A stretch of 63,705 nucleotides of DNA, counting the filler, from Thraustochytrium aureum (Eukaryota): assembly GCA_012862495.1 (NCBI GenBank). It is 5 parts of 4 records of this genome, joined end to end, with 100 filler letters (N's around TTAATTAATTAA, not from the genome) between each part and the next. Parts side by side here need not be neighbours in the genome. Positions count along the whole stretch, not along the records: positions 1 to 19,914 come from BLSG01000351.1; positions 20,015 to 31,337 come from BLSG01000351.1; 3 more parts are not named here. One strand, 5' to 3'. The position numbers were made by a program, and so were the translations under genes. Below the pieces are notes generated by a model. It did not search any database. It was not told where the DNA came from and saw nothing but the letters and a program-made list of their open reading frames with translations. Shown piece by piece: positions 10,494-22,820 of this stretch; the first letter of the stretch is position 1, and every line of letters starts with the position of its first letter.

Positions 10494-13366
10494 CTAACGT
10501 GGTGTCGCGGCCATGTCGGCGTCGCTAGAGAGGTCGAGCTGCAGGTCCATGAGGTTTTGTTTGGCCTGCAAAGTAGATGCCAGCTCCTTCAAAAACTCCT
10601 CGAGCACGATGTGCGCCTCCACGAATACCTTGTTGCCTGAAGAATACGCCTCCGCTGCGCCGCCCACGCGAAGCGCAGCCGCCGCGGTGCTATCGGGCAG
10701 CCCGCCAAGCGTCTGACCGCCCAGGCCAACGCGGGAGAGCGCGGCAGCTGGCGCCCCCACGTCCACGCCGAGCTAAACGGGTTGCAAAGGCACTAGCCGG
10801 TGCTGGCGTTGGGGAGTCGTCCACCCCAAGGCGCGCTCGCGCGGCGGCTCGCTGCGACGCAAACTCGGGCATCAGGTCTTCCACCCTCTCCGAGGCCTCC
10901 TTCCAAACGGCCCTGAGCGCACTGCTCAGGGTGCGCACGCCGGGCCGAGGCCCCAAAAGCTGTGAGGTGTCTGGCGAGCTGGGACTAAAGTGCGTGCGGC
11001 AGGGCTGGCCGGAGGCGGCAGCGAGAAACTCTGCCACAGAGATCTCCTCTTCAAAGAGGTAGGCGTGCAGAATCCGATGCGGGCACTGCGCGAGCTTGGC
11101 GAGGATGCCGGTGAGCACGAGGCACTCCTCCAACGTCGTCTCCAGCATCCGCTCAAGCTTGTTGAGGAGCAAAGTGAGGAAAATTCCCCTCGGAAAAGTC
11201 GGCCTGGGGGTCCGTCGGGTCCTTTGCGCCGCGCGCGAGCGGGCTGCCCACCGGGCTGAGCGCGGCCGCATCCTGCTGCGCAAGGCGATGCCGCGGCAAG
11301 CGGGCGGGCGAGGTGTTCTGGGTATGGATCGTGGAGATCTGGGACATGTACGCGGCAATCTTGGCGGCGGCCTGGCCCTGTCCGTCGGTCAGGTACGCCT
11401 CGAAGGCAATCAGGTCCTGCTGCTCCTGGCTAGTGATATGGCGCTTCCGGGACGAGGACAGCGCCGGGGGCTTTGGCGAGCCCGGGTACTTGTCAAGAAA
11501 CTCGACGGCGTTGCTGCCCGCGGTCCGCCCCGGGGTCTGCGGCGTCCTCGGCGTGCGCGCGTGAGCCGACTTTGTCGGGGTGCGGAGGTCCATCGAGCCG
11601 GAGAGAAGCGGGGCCGACGGCGCCTCCCCGGCGGGCACCAGGTGGTTGCCCGGGTAGAGCTGGCGCAGCACCAGGCTGTGGAGTATGCGCGGGTCGTTCA
11701 GGTCGAGGAGCGCCGAGAACAGCTTGAGCGCTGCCGTCGACACCTGCGGAGACATCGAGTCCAGGCGGAACAGGAGCGTGTGCCTGAGGCGCTCGCTTTG
11801 GGCTTGGCCCTCCTCGGGCCCTGACGGTGCAGAAGAGTCGGCCACGACGTCCTCTACCCTTCGGTTGTCCGGGTCGAGCTCCGTGGAGACCAAGATTGAC
11901 ACGAGCGTCCAGAGGGCCGGGCTGCGCAGCTCCTGGCCAGTTGCGGCCATCGATTCGAGCAGGATGCACACCGCAAGCATGGCGTCGCGCGCCGTCTGCT
12001 CGCTGGTGGCGAGAAGCGCAGGGACGACCGAAGCCGTCAAAAACTCGTCGCGGATGCTCGAGACGATCGCCTCGGTGAGAATCTCAAAGGTGCGGTGCAT
12101 GATCCCCTCCTCGCCTCCGCCGTCCGGGTTTTCGTCCTGATCATCAGGGACTGGAGGCTCGTCCTGCACAGGCCGGGTGCCGTCTGGGGAGGTCGCCCCG
12201 AGGTTCCGTGAGGCGACCTGGAGCCCGACGGCCACGCCCGGGATCGAGAGCGCGTTGGCGAACTGCCAGATGAGCTCCAGCTTGCGCGTGGCCTGCGCGA
12301 GCCTGGCTGCTAGGTGCGGTGCGGGGTCGCCCTCGCCCGCTTGCAGCGCGCCGAGCGCCTCGGTGAGCTCGCGGAAGGCCCGGTTGAGCCCGGCACAGAG
12401 CTGCGCGCAGAAATGCGTCTTGTTGGCCACGTAGTCGAGGAGGTGCGCGTCGCAGATGGAGGAGACGCAGAGCATCGCGAAGCGCGCGCGCTCCCCGGCC
12501 TCAGAGTCGACGAGCATGTACGGCAGCATCACGAGAAACATGTCGAGCTGCTCGGTCCGTGTGCTGGTGGCCGGCGAGTAGAAAAACTCGAGTTGGGAAG
12601 GGTTTTTGCGCATNNNNNNNNNNNNNNNNNNNNNNNNNNNNNNNNNNNNNNNNNNNNNNNNNNNNNNNNNNNNNNNNNNNNNNNNNNNNNNNNNNNNNNN
12701 NNNNNNNNNNNNNNNNNNNNNNNNNNNNNNNNNNNNNNNNNNNNNNNNNNNNNNNNNNNNNNNNNNNNNNNNNNNNNNNNNNNNNNNNNNNNNNNNNNNN
12801 NNNNNTCGAGCCGTTTCGCGGGCGTCGGGCGAGCCCGCCTCTGCGCAGACGCGAACGAGCTGGCACAGCGGTTGGTGGGCGCTGCGATACGGCAGCAGCG
12901 GGTGGCGCAGGCCCCGGATGATGTAGTGAATCGTGTCGAGGATGAGGCGCATCATGCCGCGCGGCCGGTCTGCCAGGCCCTTGGCGCACAGGTCGCTGAA
13001 CACGCGGTTCTCCAGCGTGTACTCCAAGCAAGCGCGCAACGGGCCGTGCGACTCTTGCCGCTTGCCGGTCTGGCCAGGCGCGCCGCCGGTGCGGGGCAGC
13101 GCGTTCGAGTCCTTGATGATGCCGCGGTCTTCCCGGATCAGAATGCTCACGATGGTGTCGAGGTTGTTTTGGATATTGGTTTGCCCAAGCAGCCCGGGGT
13201 CATCGAGGTCGAGGTCGGTGCGCTGCAGCAGATCGCTGTGCTCGACCTGCACTTGATTCCACACCTCCTTGAAAGTCTCCACGGCCGGCCGATCACCAAG
13301 CCCGGGCGTCGCATTGGTAATCTGTTTCGCGAAGTCGCCAACGCGCTTCCTCAGTTTGCCAAACAT
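10494..13366 (-). CDS. FHIP/FAM160 (RAI16-like) family protein; frameshifts near 11190 and 10770
   Basis: ACLEYTLENRVFSDLCAKGLADRPRGM, PLLPYRSAHQPLCQLV, FLTLLLNKLERML..LVLTGILAKLAQCPH and HIVLEEFLKELAS are typical of this family. Confidence 0.82.
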
Positions 13367-13587
13367 GACCGCAGCGCGTTTCCCAGGGCCGAGCGCGCGG
13401 CGAGCGGCCTGCCCGCCTGCCCACCTGTCCGCGGCTTGCTTCGCTTCCTTTCCCGTCCTTCGCGGCCAGCGCCCTGCAGTGCAGCCGCCGCGCAGCCCAC
13501 CGGCGCCGCCGCCGCCGCCGTCGCTCTATATTCGCGCTCTGCCTGGTCGCTCGCTCGCCCTTTCCACGCACTGTCCGCCCTATCTAC

Positions 13588-13682
13588 GATCAACGAGTTG
13601 TTCTTCAATCGGAGATCAAAGAATCGTTCATCTTTGGAGATCAAAGAATTGTTCATCCTTCTGGCGATCAAAGAATTGAGCT
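13588..13682. repeat. Degenerate 25-27 bp AT-rich tandem repeat (4 copies) in a divergent intergenic region
   Basis: GATCAA(AGAATT)GTTC units start at 13588, 13614, 13639 and 13666. Confidence 0.8.
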
Positions 13683-13712
13683 TTAGTGCGCTACCATGGT
13701 GGTGGTTATGCA

Positions 13713-16700
13713 ATGGAACAGGAGCAGGAGCAACAGGAGCAACAGGAGCAGCAGGAGCAGCAAGAGGAGGAGCAGCAGGCGCCGCAGCAGCAGACCCTCA
13801 ACGGTGCAGGCGCGGAGGGGAGGCTGCTGCTGCCTGCCCTGTTGAATCGCTGGCGAGGTGCTCGCATTGGACGCTGGAGCGGCGCCCAGCGGACGCGACA
13901 GCTGCCCTGTAGACTCTCGCTGGACGCTGTGGACGCTGAAGCGGCGCCCAGCCCTGCTGACGCCACAGCTGCCCTGTAGACTCGCTGGCGCAGACGCAGC
14001 GACGCAGCGACGCAGTGACGCAGTTGCTACGGCTACGTCAGAATAAAAAGGTGGATTGCGCTGGACAGTGCCGTGCGGCTCGAAATGATGGAAGGCGGCG
14101 GGCTCGGTGGTGCGCCCGAGGCTGAGGCCGCTGGAGCCAAGCCGGACGCAACGACGCCATCCAACGACGAGGCTCGGGATACTGGTATCACGCCAAGCCT
14201 CCCGGGCGATACCGTCGCCAGCGACATGGCCGCCGGAGCAGGCGATTCGGCGGCCAGAAGTGTGGCGAACGCGAGCCGGAAACGAGCGGCGGCGAAAGCG
14301 CCGCGGATGTGTTGCTGAATATGGCTCGCGTCAGCAACGCTGGCCTGATGGGGCTTGGCTCTGGATTGGGAAGCGGTGCAGGCAGCATGGCCGCCCTAGC
14401 GGCCGCCCTGCGCGCAGGGAGAGTTGGACCTGGTGCTAGCGATGCCGCTCCGCCCGACGCTACACCGCCGACCGGGGCGGAGCAAGCCGTTTCTTCCAAA
14501 ATCCCGAGCGACCTGCGTGACGGCGGGCTGGGGCCAAGCTCTGATCCGCAGAATGCTTTGTCGTCGTTCGCGGGCTTGTCGCAAAGCCCGATTGCGCTTG
14601 GTGGAGCTGTGCTTGACCCCGAGTCTACTGCGGGGCAGGCAAGCCACAACGCCTTGGCGCAGGCAGAGGCCACCGCTCGGTTGCTGAGCTCTCTTGGATC
14701 TGGCTCTACGGGAAGCGCAGGGCTTGGCCTAACGTCCAGTGTTGGCAGCAGGGGCGGCGTGTCGGAGCTGCAAGCCCTCGTCGACGCCGCGAATGGCGTT
14801 TCTTCCTCCAGCAACAGCACCGACGCACTGATGGCCGCCTTTGCAAGCGCGACGAGATCCGGCGGGCTCTTGAACAGTGGCGAGCTGGCATCGTCACCCA
14901 TGGCATCTGCGCCTCTGAGCGGTGGGAGCGAGACCCTCCAAGCAAAACTGGACCAGTTGCAGAGCAATGCGACCTCGGGCTACGATGCCACCTCGGGATT
15001 CGACGTCCAGGGCAGCAACAACAGCGGTTTACTGCAAGCTCTTGTGGACAGCGCGAGCGGGCGGGCGGACCGCATTGGCATCGCAGATGCTGCAGAGGCG
15101 GTAAAGAGTCGCGGGGATGACGTTGTCAACAATGAGCAGGGCACTTTAGAGGCAACGGAAGCCGATAGGGGTGCGGCCGAGGCCCCTGAGGGGCCCAGCG
15201 CCGAGCTGAATCAAGCTCCTGAAAAGGAGGGTGCTGTGTCACCGCAGGCCCCCTTTCCGGTGGCTGCTGCCGAGTCTCTGCATGACTCGGTGGAGACGGA
15301 GCAGGTGGTGCAAACAAACGCAAGTGAGCGGGGCGACGCGACACGAACAGCGGAGGAGGCAAATGACAGGACAGCTGCAGAAACCGCGCCCCCACCCTCC
15401 AGAAATCAAGACGGCAGCGAAGAGGTAGCTGGACCTGGAGCGATCGTCCAACTAGAAACCCAAGGGCAACATGCGTCTGGAGGCCCTAGCGCGTCCGCTT
15501 CGCTCGGCGTCGATGTCGCGTCTACGGTTGAGCGCGCTGCGGACGCACACGAGTTCGGAGCGGGGGGCGCGACAAAGGAACTCGAGTTGCCAAGCTCGCA
15601 GCAGCTCAGCCGCCTCGGCGCAGAGAGTGCGGTGGGCAAGGCTGACACTGCAGTGGCAAGCCCAAGTGCTGGGAGCGAGCGCGAGACCGGGCAGGCTCAA
15701 AGCGGGGCCAGCATCAACTCGGGCGCGGCGCAGGCGATGGAAACCGAACAAGCGGCGACACAGTCGAGAGCAGCGGAGCCCCCGGCGAAACAAGCGCCGA
15801 CACCGCCCAGGCTGCGGCAAGGGCAAACGAGGTAGACAGACCCGATGCGGGACCAAGCTCAGTTATCGGCATGCCAGAGGAGAGCAACGAGGTTTCGTCG
15901 CAGATTGCGAACCAAGCGGCAACGGCGGACGAGGCTGCACAGCGCTCGCCCGTGCCCGTTGGCGGCAAGAACCCTGTATCTGTTGAGCTTAAAGAGGCGA
16001 AAACGGCAAGCGGAAACGACGATCGCGTTGTCGACGACGACGACGACGTGGAAATGGAGGGCGACGTTGAATCGCCGCATGCTTCAACAGCACACCGTGA
16101 GACCGAGGGGTCTGCGATAGCGAGCGAGGCAAAGCCTGCAAGCTCCGATAGCGCGCAAGAAAGNNNNNNNNNNNNNNNNNNNNNNNNNNNNNNNNNNNNN
16201 NNNNNNNNNNNNNNNNNNNNNNNNNNNNNNNNNNNNNNNNNNNNNNNNNNNNNNNNNNNNNNNNNNNNNNNNNNNNNNNNNNNNNNNNNNNNNNNNNNNN
16301 NNNNNNNNNNNNNNNNNNNNNNNNNNNNNNNNNNNNNNNNNNNNNNNNNNNNNNNNNNNNNNNNNNNNNNNNNNNNNNNNNNNNNNNNNNNNNNNNNNNN
16401 NNNNNNNNNNNNNNNNNNNNNNNNNNNNNNNNNNNNNNNNNNNNNNNNNNNNNNNNNNNNNNNNNNNNNNNNNNNNNNNNNNNNNNNNNNNNNNNNNNGG
16501 TCGACGATTCTGTCAAGGCCTGGTTCACGCCAAAGCGAGTGTGGCGGCTCAAGGCGGCGGAGGAGGCGGAGCGGCGTGCGCGACTCAAGCGCGCCTCCGC
16601 GTCGAATGGCCCGGCGCCGCAAGGGGAAGAGGAGAAGGTGGCGGTCACGGACGGGGAGCGGGCCGTTTATTTCGCAGTCACCGGGCGGTTCCGCAAGCTG

Positions 16701-17158
16701 CGAAGGCTCGTCGAGAGCCGCGGGCTGGGGGCCGCGCTCGAGCCGGCCAAGGCCACCTCGCTCTTCCAGCTTGCAGGAGGCTGCAACGTTTTGGACGACA
16801 ACGTGGTGCCTCGAGTTCGCGAGCAGCAGCAGCAGCGGATTCTCCAACAGCAACAGCACGCCATGCTCCAGCAGCAGCAACAGCAGCACTTGCAGCAGCA
16901 GCAGCACTTGCAACAGATGCAAATGCAGATGCAGATGCAGATGCATGCGTCGCGCCGTGGGAGTGGGATGCTTGTGCGAGGTGCTGGGCCCGCCTTGGAC
17001 GCGGAGCAGCAGCTGCAGCAGCTGCATATGCGCATGCAAGCAGCACAGATGCAGCCGAAGGGTGTTGCGGCGAGGCAGCGGGTTCCTGTGGGGGGGCCAA
17101 GCGCGGGTCCTGGCGCCGGGCGAGGCAGCCAAAAGGCCCCCGCAGCAGGATCTGTTTT

Positions 17159-17199
<41 letters not shown>

Positions 17200-17457
17200 T
17201 GCAGCTGCAGCAGAGGCAAATGTTGCTCGACGCAAAGCCAACAAAAGCAACAGCAGCAACAGCAGCAGCGATTCCTGCTCCAGCAGCAGCAGCAGCAGCA
17301 GATGGTGCAAAGCCAGTTGCTCGAGGCGGCGGGCAAGATAGAACGGTTGGAGCGGTTTCTCCAGGACCCGCGCGTCTCGGCCGAAGAGCGGGCGAAAGCG
17401 CTCAAGGAGTATGACGAGTGCAAGGCGGCCCTGGCTCCGTTCATCATCAACAGCTAG
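13713..17457 (+). CDS. Large low-complexity (A/S/G/E-rich, poly-Q) protein; exon structure and frames uncertain
   Basis: A chain of + strand ORFs (13686, 14073, 14309, 15871, 16539) shares a disordered composition and CAG tracts. It ends ...ERAKALKEYDECKAALAPFIINS* followed by an AT-richer 3' region. Confidence 0.5.
17160..17300 (+). repeat. CAG microsatellite tracts (poly-Q)
   Basis: Runs of (CAG)n at ~17160-17197 and ~17281-17300, with further tracts at 16820-16910. Confidence 0.9.
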
Positions 17458-17867
17458 CACAGGCACGTTCGTTCGACGACCAAACATTTGATTGATTTTT
17501 TCACATTCAACATTCAACAACGAGGAGGCGGGAACGTAGTATGACAAAAGGGGAGAGCATTCACTTTCTTCAAGACAAACACCTCGCGCGCGCGGCGAAC
17601 CGCGCGCGCTTCTTACATAAAAACACGACCAAAGCCGCTCGCCCGCCCGCCGCGCCCTGGCAGCGGCAGGCGAGAGACCATCTATCATAGCGCCGCACAA
17701 GCGGCTCTCACACACACACAAAGGCGACACAACAGCTCGCTCCAAAGTCAGAGCGACAGACACAAAAAAGCCCAGGAGCGCAGGCTGGCGGACAGCAAGG
17801 CGGGCGGGCGGCCCGCCCGCCCGCCCGCCCGTCAAAACTCCGACGCAGTTCCTCAAGCCAGAACGGC

Positions 17868-18562
17868 TCAGACGTTGATCATGCGGGACTGCTCGCTCTC
17901 AACGCGCTTGGCCTCGTCGGAAGACTTGCTGCTGGGCTCCTTGTCCCCGCCGAGCGAGAAGCCAAGCGACACGACCCTCTCGGCCTCAGCGACAACCTGC
18001 TCGAGGCTCTCGAGGTAGGGGACGTGGAACGAGGTGACCTTCATGCCACGGCCGCCGCCCTGGAGCAGGACAGGCACGCCTTCTTCTTGCTCGCCCATAG
18101 CCGCTTTTCGGCGACGTCGGCCTTGATCCGGGCGATGAGGTCGACCAGCAGAGCGTCCACGCCGCCAACGATGGAGGAGTCGAGGCCGATGAGCCGGAGC
18201 ACGTCGACAGAGCTAAACTGCTTGCCCAGGACGAAGAACTGGTGCACGAGCTCGTCGAAGTAGAGGCGGTCGGGCCTGAGGCCGTTCCATGTTTTGGTGT
18301 CCTCTGCGAACTGCACGCTGCAGCGCTCCTGCCGCGCGGCGAGCGTCGACTCGTGCTTGTAGACGGCGGGCGCGGGCTTGGCCGAGGCGGCCTTCGCGGC
18401 GGCGGGGCGTACCTGGTCCTTGCGCACGACCTTGGGGAGCCCGAAGCTGACGTTCTGCCTTTTGGTGATGCGGGTCTCCTGCTGGAACGGGCCCTTGAAC
18501 ATGCGCCTTTTCTCGCCGATGCCGCCGGCCTCCAGCTCGCTCTTTCCGTGCAGGCCGAACAT
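17868..18562 (-). CDS. Hypothetical protein, frameshift near 18100
   Basis: Host-like codon bias. ORF 18041-18583 (SVQFAEDTKTWNGLRPDRLYFDELVHQFF) appears to continue in ORF 17868-18098. Confidence 0.55.
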
Positions 18563-19914
18563 CGTGCTGGCGCCTCGAGGCACGTCAATAGGGTATATCT
18601 ACTCGTCAACCCCAACACGCACGCTGGCTGGAAGGTCGGCTGGGCGTTGGGGGTCTGGCCCGGTCCGCAGCCGCTGGCGAGAGCCGCGGCGCGTGCGGCG
18701 CCTGCGTAGGCGAGCTCGCTAGCCTGCCTGCCTGCCTGCCTCGTGCGTGGCCGGCTGGCGCTGTACGCTGCAAGGCAACGATGCGGGACTGGCCGAATGC
18801 GCGCGCGTGTTGGCTGGAGGTATGCCGCCCTCTTTCGTCCGCCAAAACAAAAAAAACCAAAAAAAAANNNNNNNNNNNNNNNNNNNNNNNNNNNNNNNNN
18901 NNNNNNNNNNNNNNNNNNNNNNNNNNNNNNNNNNNNNNNNNNNNNNNNNNNNNNNNNNNNNNNNNNNNNNNNNNNNNNNNNNNNNNNNNNNNNNNNNNNN
19001 NNNNNNNNNNNNNNNNNNNNNNNNNNNNNNNNNNNNNNNNNNNNNNNNNNNNNNNNNNNNNNNNNNNNNNNNNNNNNNNNNNNNNNNNNNNNNNNNNNNN
19101 NNNNNNNNNNNNNNNNNNNNNNNNNNNNNNNNNNNNNNNNNNNNNNNNNNNAAGACAGAGGCAACGCGGGAAGCAGAAGGCCGACTGCCGCAGAGGGGAG
19201 GCGCGAAACAAGCGCAACAAGCGCAACGCCCGCCGCCCTCCAGCGCAGAGGCGGGAAACGAGAGACGTTCAGTGCGGCTCGGCTCGTTTTCCCCTCTACC
19301 GGCCCATGCGCGCGCGCAAGCGACAGAGGGAGGCAGAGGCGCAGAGACGCAGAGACGCAGAGAGGCAGAGCGAGAGGCAGAGGGAGGGAGGGAGGGCTGG
19401 GCACACCACATGCACGTGTGGCGCTGCCTCCCAACCCAAACGCGACGAAAAGCCAAAATTCAAGCAACACGCAGACCAGGCTCCACTAAAACCCGAGGAA
19501 AACGCGACCAATAAATGAAAAACAGCAACCAATAAATGAAACAACCCTGAAACTATCAGCGCGCGCGAGAGGGGCGGCCGAACTCCTGGATCCGCAGAGG
19601 GCGAGCAGACTCGCACTCGGAGGTGAGGTAGTAGGAAGGTAGGGAGGGAGGGAGTAGGGTGGAGGGAAGTCGAGCGAGAAGCCGCAGGCATTGAGCGAGC
19701 GAGTGAAGGGCGCGAGGGAGGGCGGCGGCAGGCCCTGAGCGGCGTGCTGTCCTTGCGAGGGAGAGCGAGTCAAGTACGTACTGCCACGTCTGTCCTGCAG
19801 GGGGGGCTGAGGAAAGTAGACCCGCCTGTGAGGGAGCAGGCGCGCGAGGCTCGCGTGTGTGGCTTCCAGCGAGGAGGATGTCCAGCGAGGAAGGAATCGA
19901 GGAAACAGGCAAGC

Positions 19915-20014
19915 NNNNNNNNNNNNNNNNNNNNNNNNNNNNNNNNNNNNNNNNNNNNTTAATTAATTAANNNNNNNNNNNNNNNNNNNNNNNNNNNNNN
20001 NNNNNNNNNNNNNN
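19915..20014. other. Artificial scaffold linker (N44-TTAATTAATTAA-N44)
   Basis: Six-frame stop spacer at 19959-19970 between equal N runs; identical to three other linkers in the window. Confidence 0.98.
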
Positions 20015-20580
20015 GTGGCTCTGCGGCAGAGTACTTGGTCAGCACCTTGGCGGCGTATCAAAAATTTCGCGTTTATCGCGACCTCGGCGAAGTCGCACCG
20101 TCCGCCGAGATCGAGTGCATGCCGCCTCGCGCGTTTCCCGGTATGTACGAACTCACCTGCGAACGGCCCGCACAGGGGCCATCGCGGGCTTGCCAGGATT
20201 TGCGTCAAAACCCGCGACGACGAGCTCGTTGCGTTTCTGCGAGGAAGGTCGGCCTTGCCCAGGAGGCGCCAGCAAGGAAAGGATGATTGCTCTGCGCCTC
20301 GAGCCTTCGGCTTGCGCTTGTGCCACTGGCGGCTTGGACCTTCCCTGGCCTCGGAGCTTTGCGCCGCTGTGGCCAGCTGCGCTCTGATCGCCGGGCGGGA
20401 GTGCAAGAACGAACGATCGCCGGGTGAATTGCACATTTTGCTATTTTCGTTCGACTCTTTATGGCTGCCTCGCTCGGCGGTGACTCTCGAGTAGCTCGAG
20501 CTCGAGCGCGATCGACCGAAACGATTGGCCCAGCCGCATCCCAGGCCAGGCCAAGTGCTGGTGTTGGCAAACAGCACCTC

Positions 20581-22300
20581 CTACACAAATCGCATCGTCT
20601 TGTGGCCCCAACCAAGGGCGGCCTTGTGCCGATTGAAGGCGTTCTCGATGGACGCAAGAATGCGCTCGTGCACTGCATCGACCTGTGCCGGCGTCGGGTT
20701 CTCGACCTGGTCGACGAGGACCATGTCGCCGAGGATCATCGTGATATTGACACGGTACGGAACAGGGAGGCCGTACCTGCCCCAGTAGAAAAACACGCTC
20801 GCCTGCAGCTTGCGCGAGAGGCGCTCCATGACGCCCCAGCGGTCAAACCAAACGCTAAACGCTTCCGTGTTTCCCAAGCTGTAGCAGGGCAAAACGGGCC
20901 GCCCCGTTCGCAGCGCCAGTTTTGCGAGCCCCTTGCGCGTCCGGAGCGCAACGACCTCGTCGTTGTGGTCGCATTGGAAGATCCCAGCGATGCCATCGCC
21001 AACCAGGCCAACCGTGTTCCCGAGCTCCAGCTGTTTGGTGAGGCTCTCGCGTGACACCGTGACCGACTTGAACATGGTAAAGTAGCGCAGGAAAGGCGTG
21101 CGGAACACAATGCTCGCCGGCGCCCCGACAAATTCGCCCCCGGTCTGGCTCGGAGAAAACGAGTTGACAGCAGGGACTGAGAGCAGGTTGGAGAACGGCA
21201 TCGCGCCGTGCGGGACGCCTGCGCCGATGAACGGCGCCTGCGTCTGCGCTAGTACGCGCGCGTTCCCCGAGTACACAAAGCGGTAGGTAAAGTACTTGTA
21301 CAATTGCTGCACGATCCACGAGCTGTACACGGCATCCGAGATGTCCGGGATCGGGTGCAGGGCCAGCACAGCCGTCAGCACCACATAAGTAGCCACCTGC
21401 GACCAGACCCCCAGATGAGCACCGCGAGCCCGGCCCAGGACCAGTACAGTGCGCCGCCCATCAAAAGGCAAGCACGAGCACCACCGCGCTGTGCTCAACG
21501 AACGACATTGGCGCCTGCTCGGTCAAGCTATCCGCCTCAAACGCGCCCTTCGACCGCTGGAGGTATTCGCGGTCGATCGTTTCGCTCGCGGCCTTTCGCT
21601 CCTCCTCGCTTTTGTGCTTGTTTGCGGCGGCGCCAAGCTCCCGCGGGATTCGCCAAATATCGAGACAAAAGCTTTCTTCCAAGTTGCGCACGGCGGCGCC
21701 TCGCTCTGTGCCGGCCGCCACCATCTCCTCGCCGTCCGCGCGGCCTCGTGCAGCTACCGCCGCGCGGCAAGGCCAACTCCGTGGGCATCACCTGTCGCTG
21801 CAGCCTCCGCAACAACCTCGCACATCCTGCTCGAACTGGAGCGCTGCGGGCAGCCACTGCACGGCCTTGACGCCGTTCGCGCACGCCGCTGTGCGTCGCG
21901 TTCGCAGCTCCACGCCGAGTTCGGAGGTCGCGTTCACCCGCGCGTTGCTTCCAACTTTGCGAGCGTGTTTGTCGGGCGCGCAAGGCGTGCAAAGCGCGAC
22001 GCCGTTCGTGGTTTGCTGCGCGCTTTCGAATCCGGTCTGTGCCGAGTATAGCCGAGCGCTGCGTTGTGCTTTGGTGCCGAGCGCCGAGCGATTTGATGGA
22101 TTGAACCGCTTGTGCATCAGTAACGAGCAAACCCACACGAAGACACCTCACCGCGAGTCAGCGAGCGACGCAAACGCCCAATCCCCGCGTCATTCCGCCG
22201 GCCCCGTGACGAGCGCAGCGACGATGGAAACGCCGAGAGTCGCATTACACGCGTCAAGGAGCGGAACGACAACCACAGCGACGTCGTCGCCGTGTATGCG
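20581..22300 (-). CDS. DGAT2: Type-2 diacylglycerol acyltransferase (DGAT2) with long N-terminal extension; several frameshifts, start uncertain
   Basis: GVPHGAMP (HPHG-like motif), FRTPFLRYF, GLVGDGIAGIF, LRTRKGLAKLALRTGRPVLPCYSLGN, WGRYGLPVPYR and FNRHKAALGW in ORF 20581-21498. Upstream fragments 21461-21724 and 21788-22138 appear to continue it. Confidence 0.88.
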
Positions 22301-22820
22301 CTAAAACTCACTCCTTCACGGCCCCGGCCTCCCAGCCAGCAATCCCAGCCACTGAGCACATGCCTACAAACGTACTTACTCTACTCTACTCTGCGTGCTC
22401 ACCGATGGCTGCGTCCCGCGCCTGGCACTCCACACGCAGGAGGTCGCGCGACGCGAGCCACAACATCGCCATCCAGGCGCCATTCTTGATCGTTCAATGA
22501 AAGCGCTGCAGATCGGACAGGACCAGAACGTTGTGTCCGTCCGTACAGTGCGGGGGTCCGCGATAGTCTCGCAGCGCGGACCAGCGCGGACACCGTCGTG
22601 AAGGATTTGGAGTACAGCGCGAGATGGTCGTCTGGTTTTCGCGCCTTGGCGGAGGCCGTGGGCGACCACATCCTGCTCGATTGCCGCGACCGTCGACCGC
22701 CGATGCGTCCTCGCGCCGAGGCCGAGGCAGTCGCGCGACCAGGCTGCTGAGGCACGAGTCGGGCAAGCGCTGGCTGGGCTGGGCTGCGTCTGGGCTGCGT
22801 CTGGCAGGCAGGCGTTGCCC

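Noticed and set aside
19959..19970. TTAATTAATTAA as a piggyBac TTAA site or regulatory motif
   Set aside because: It is always flanked by exactly 44 Ns on each side; it is an artificial linker.
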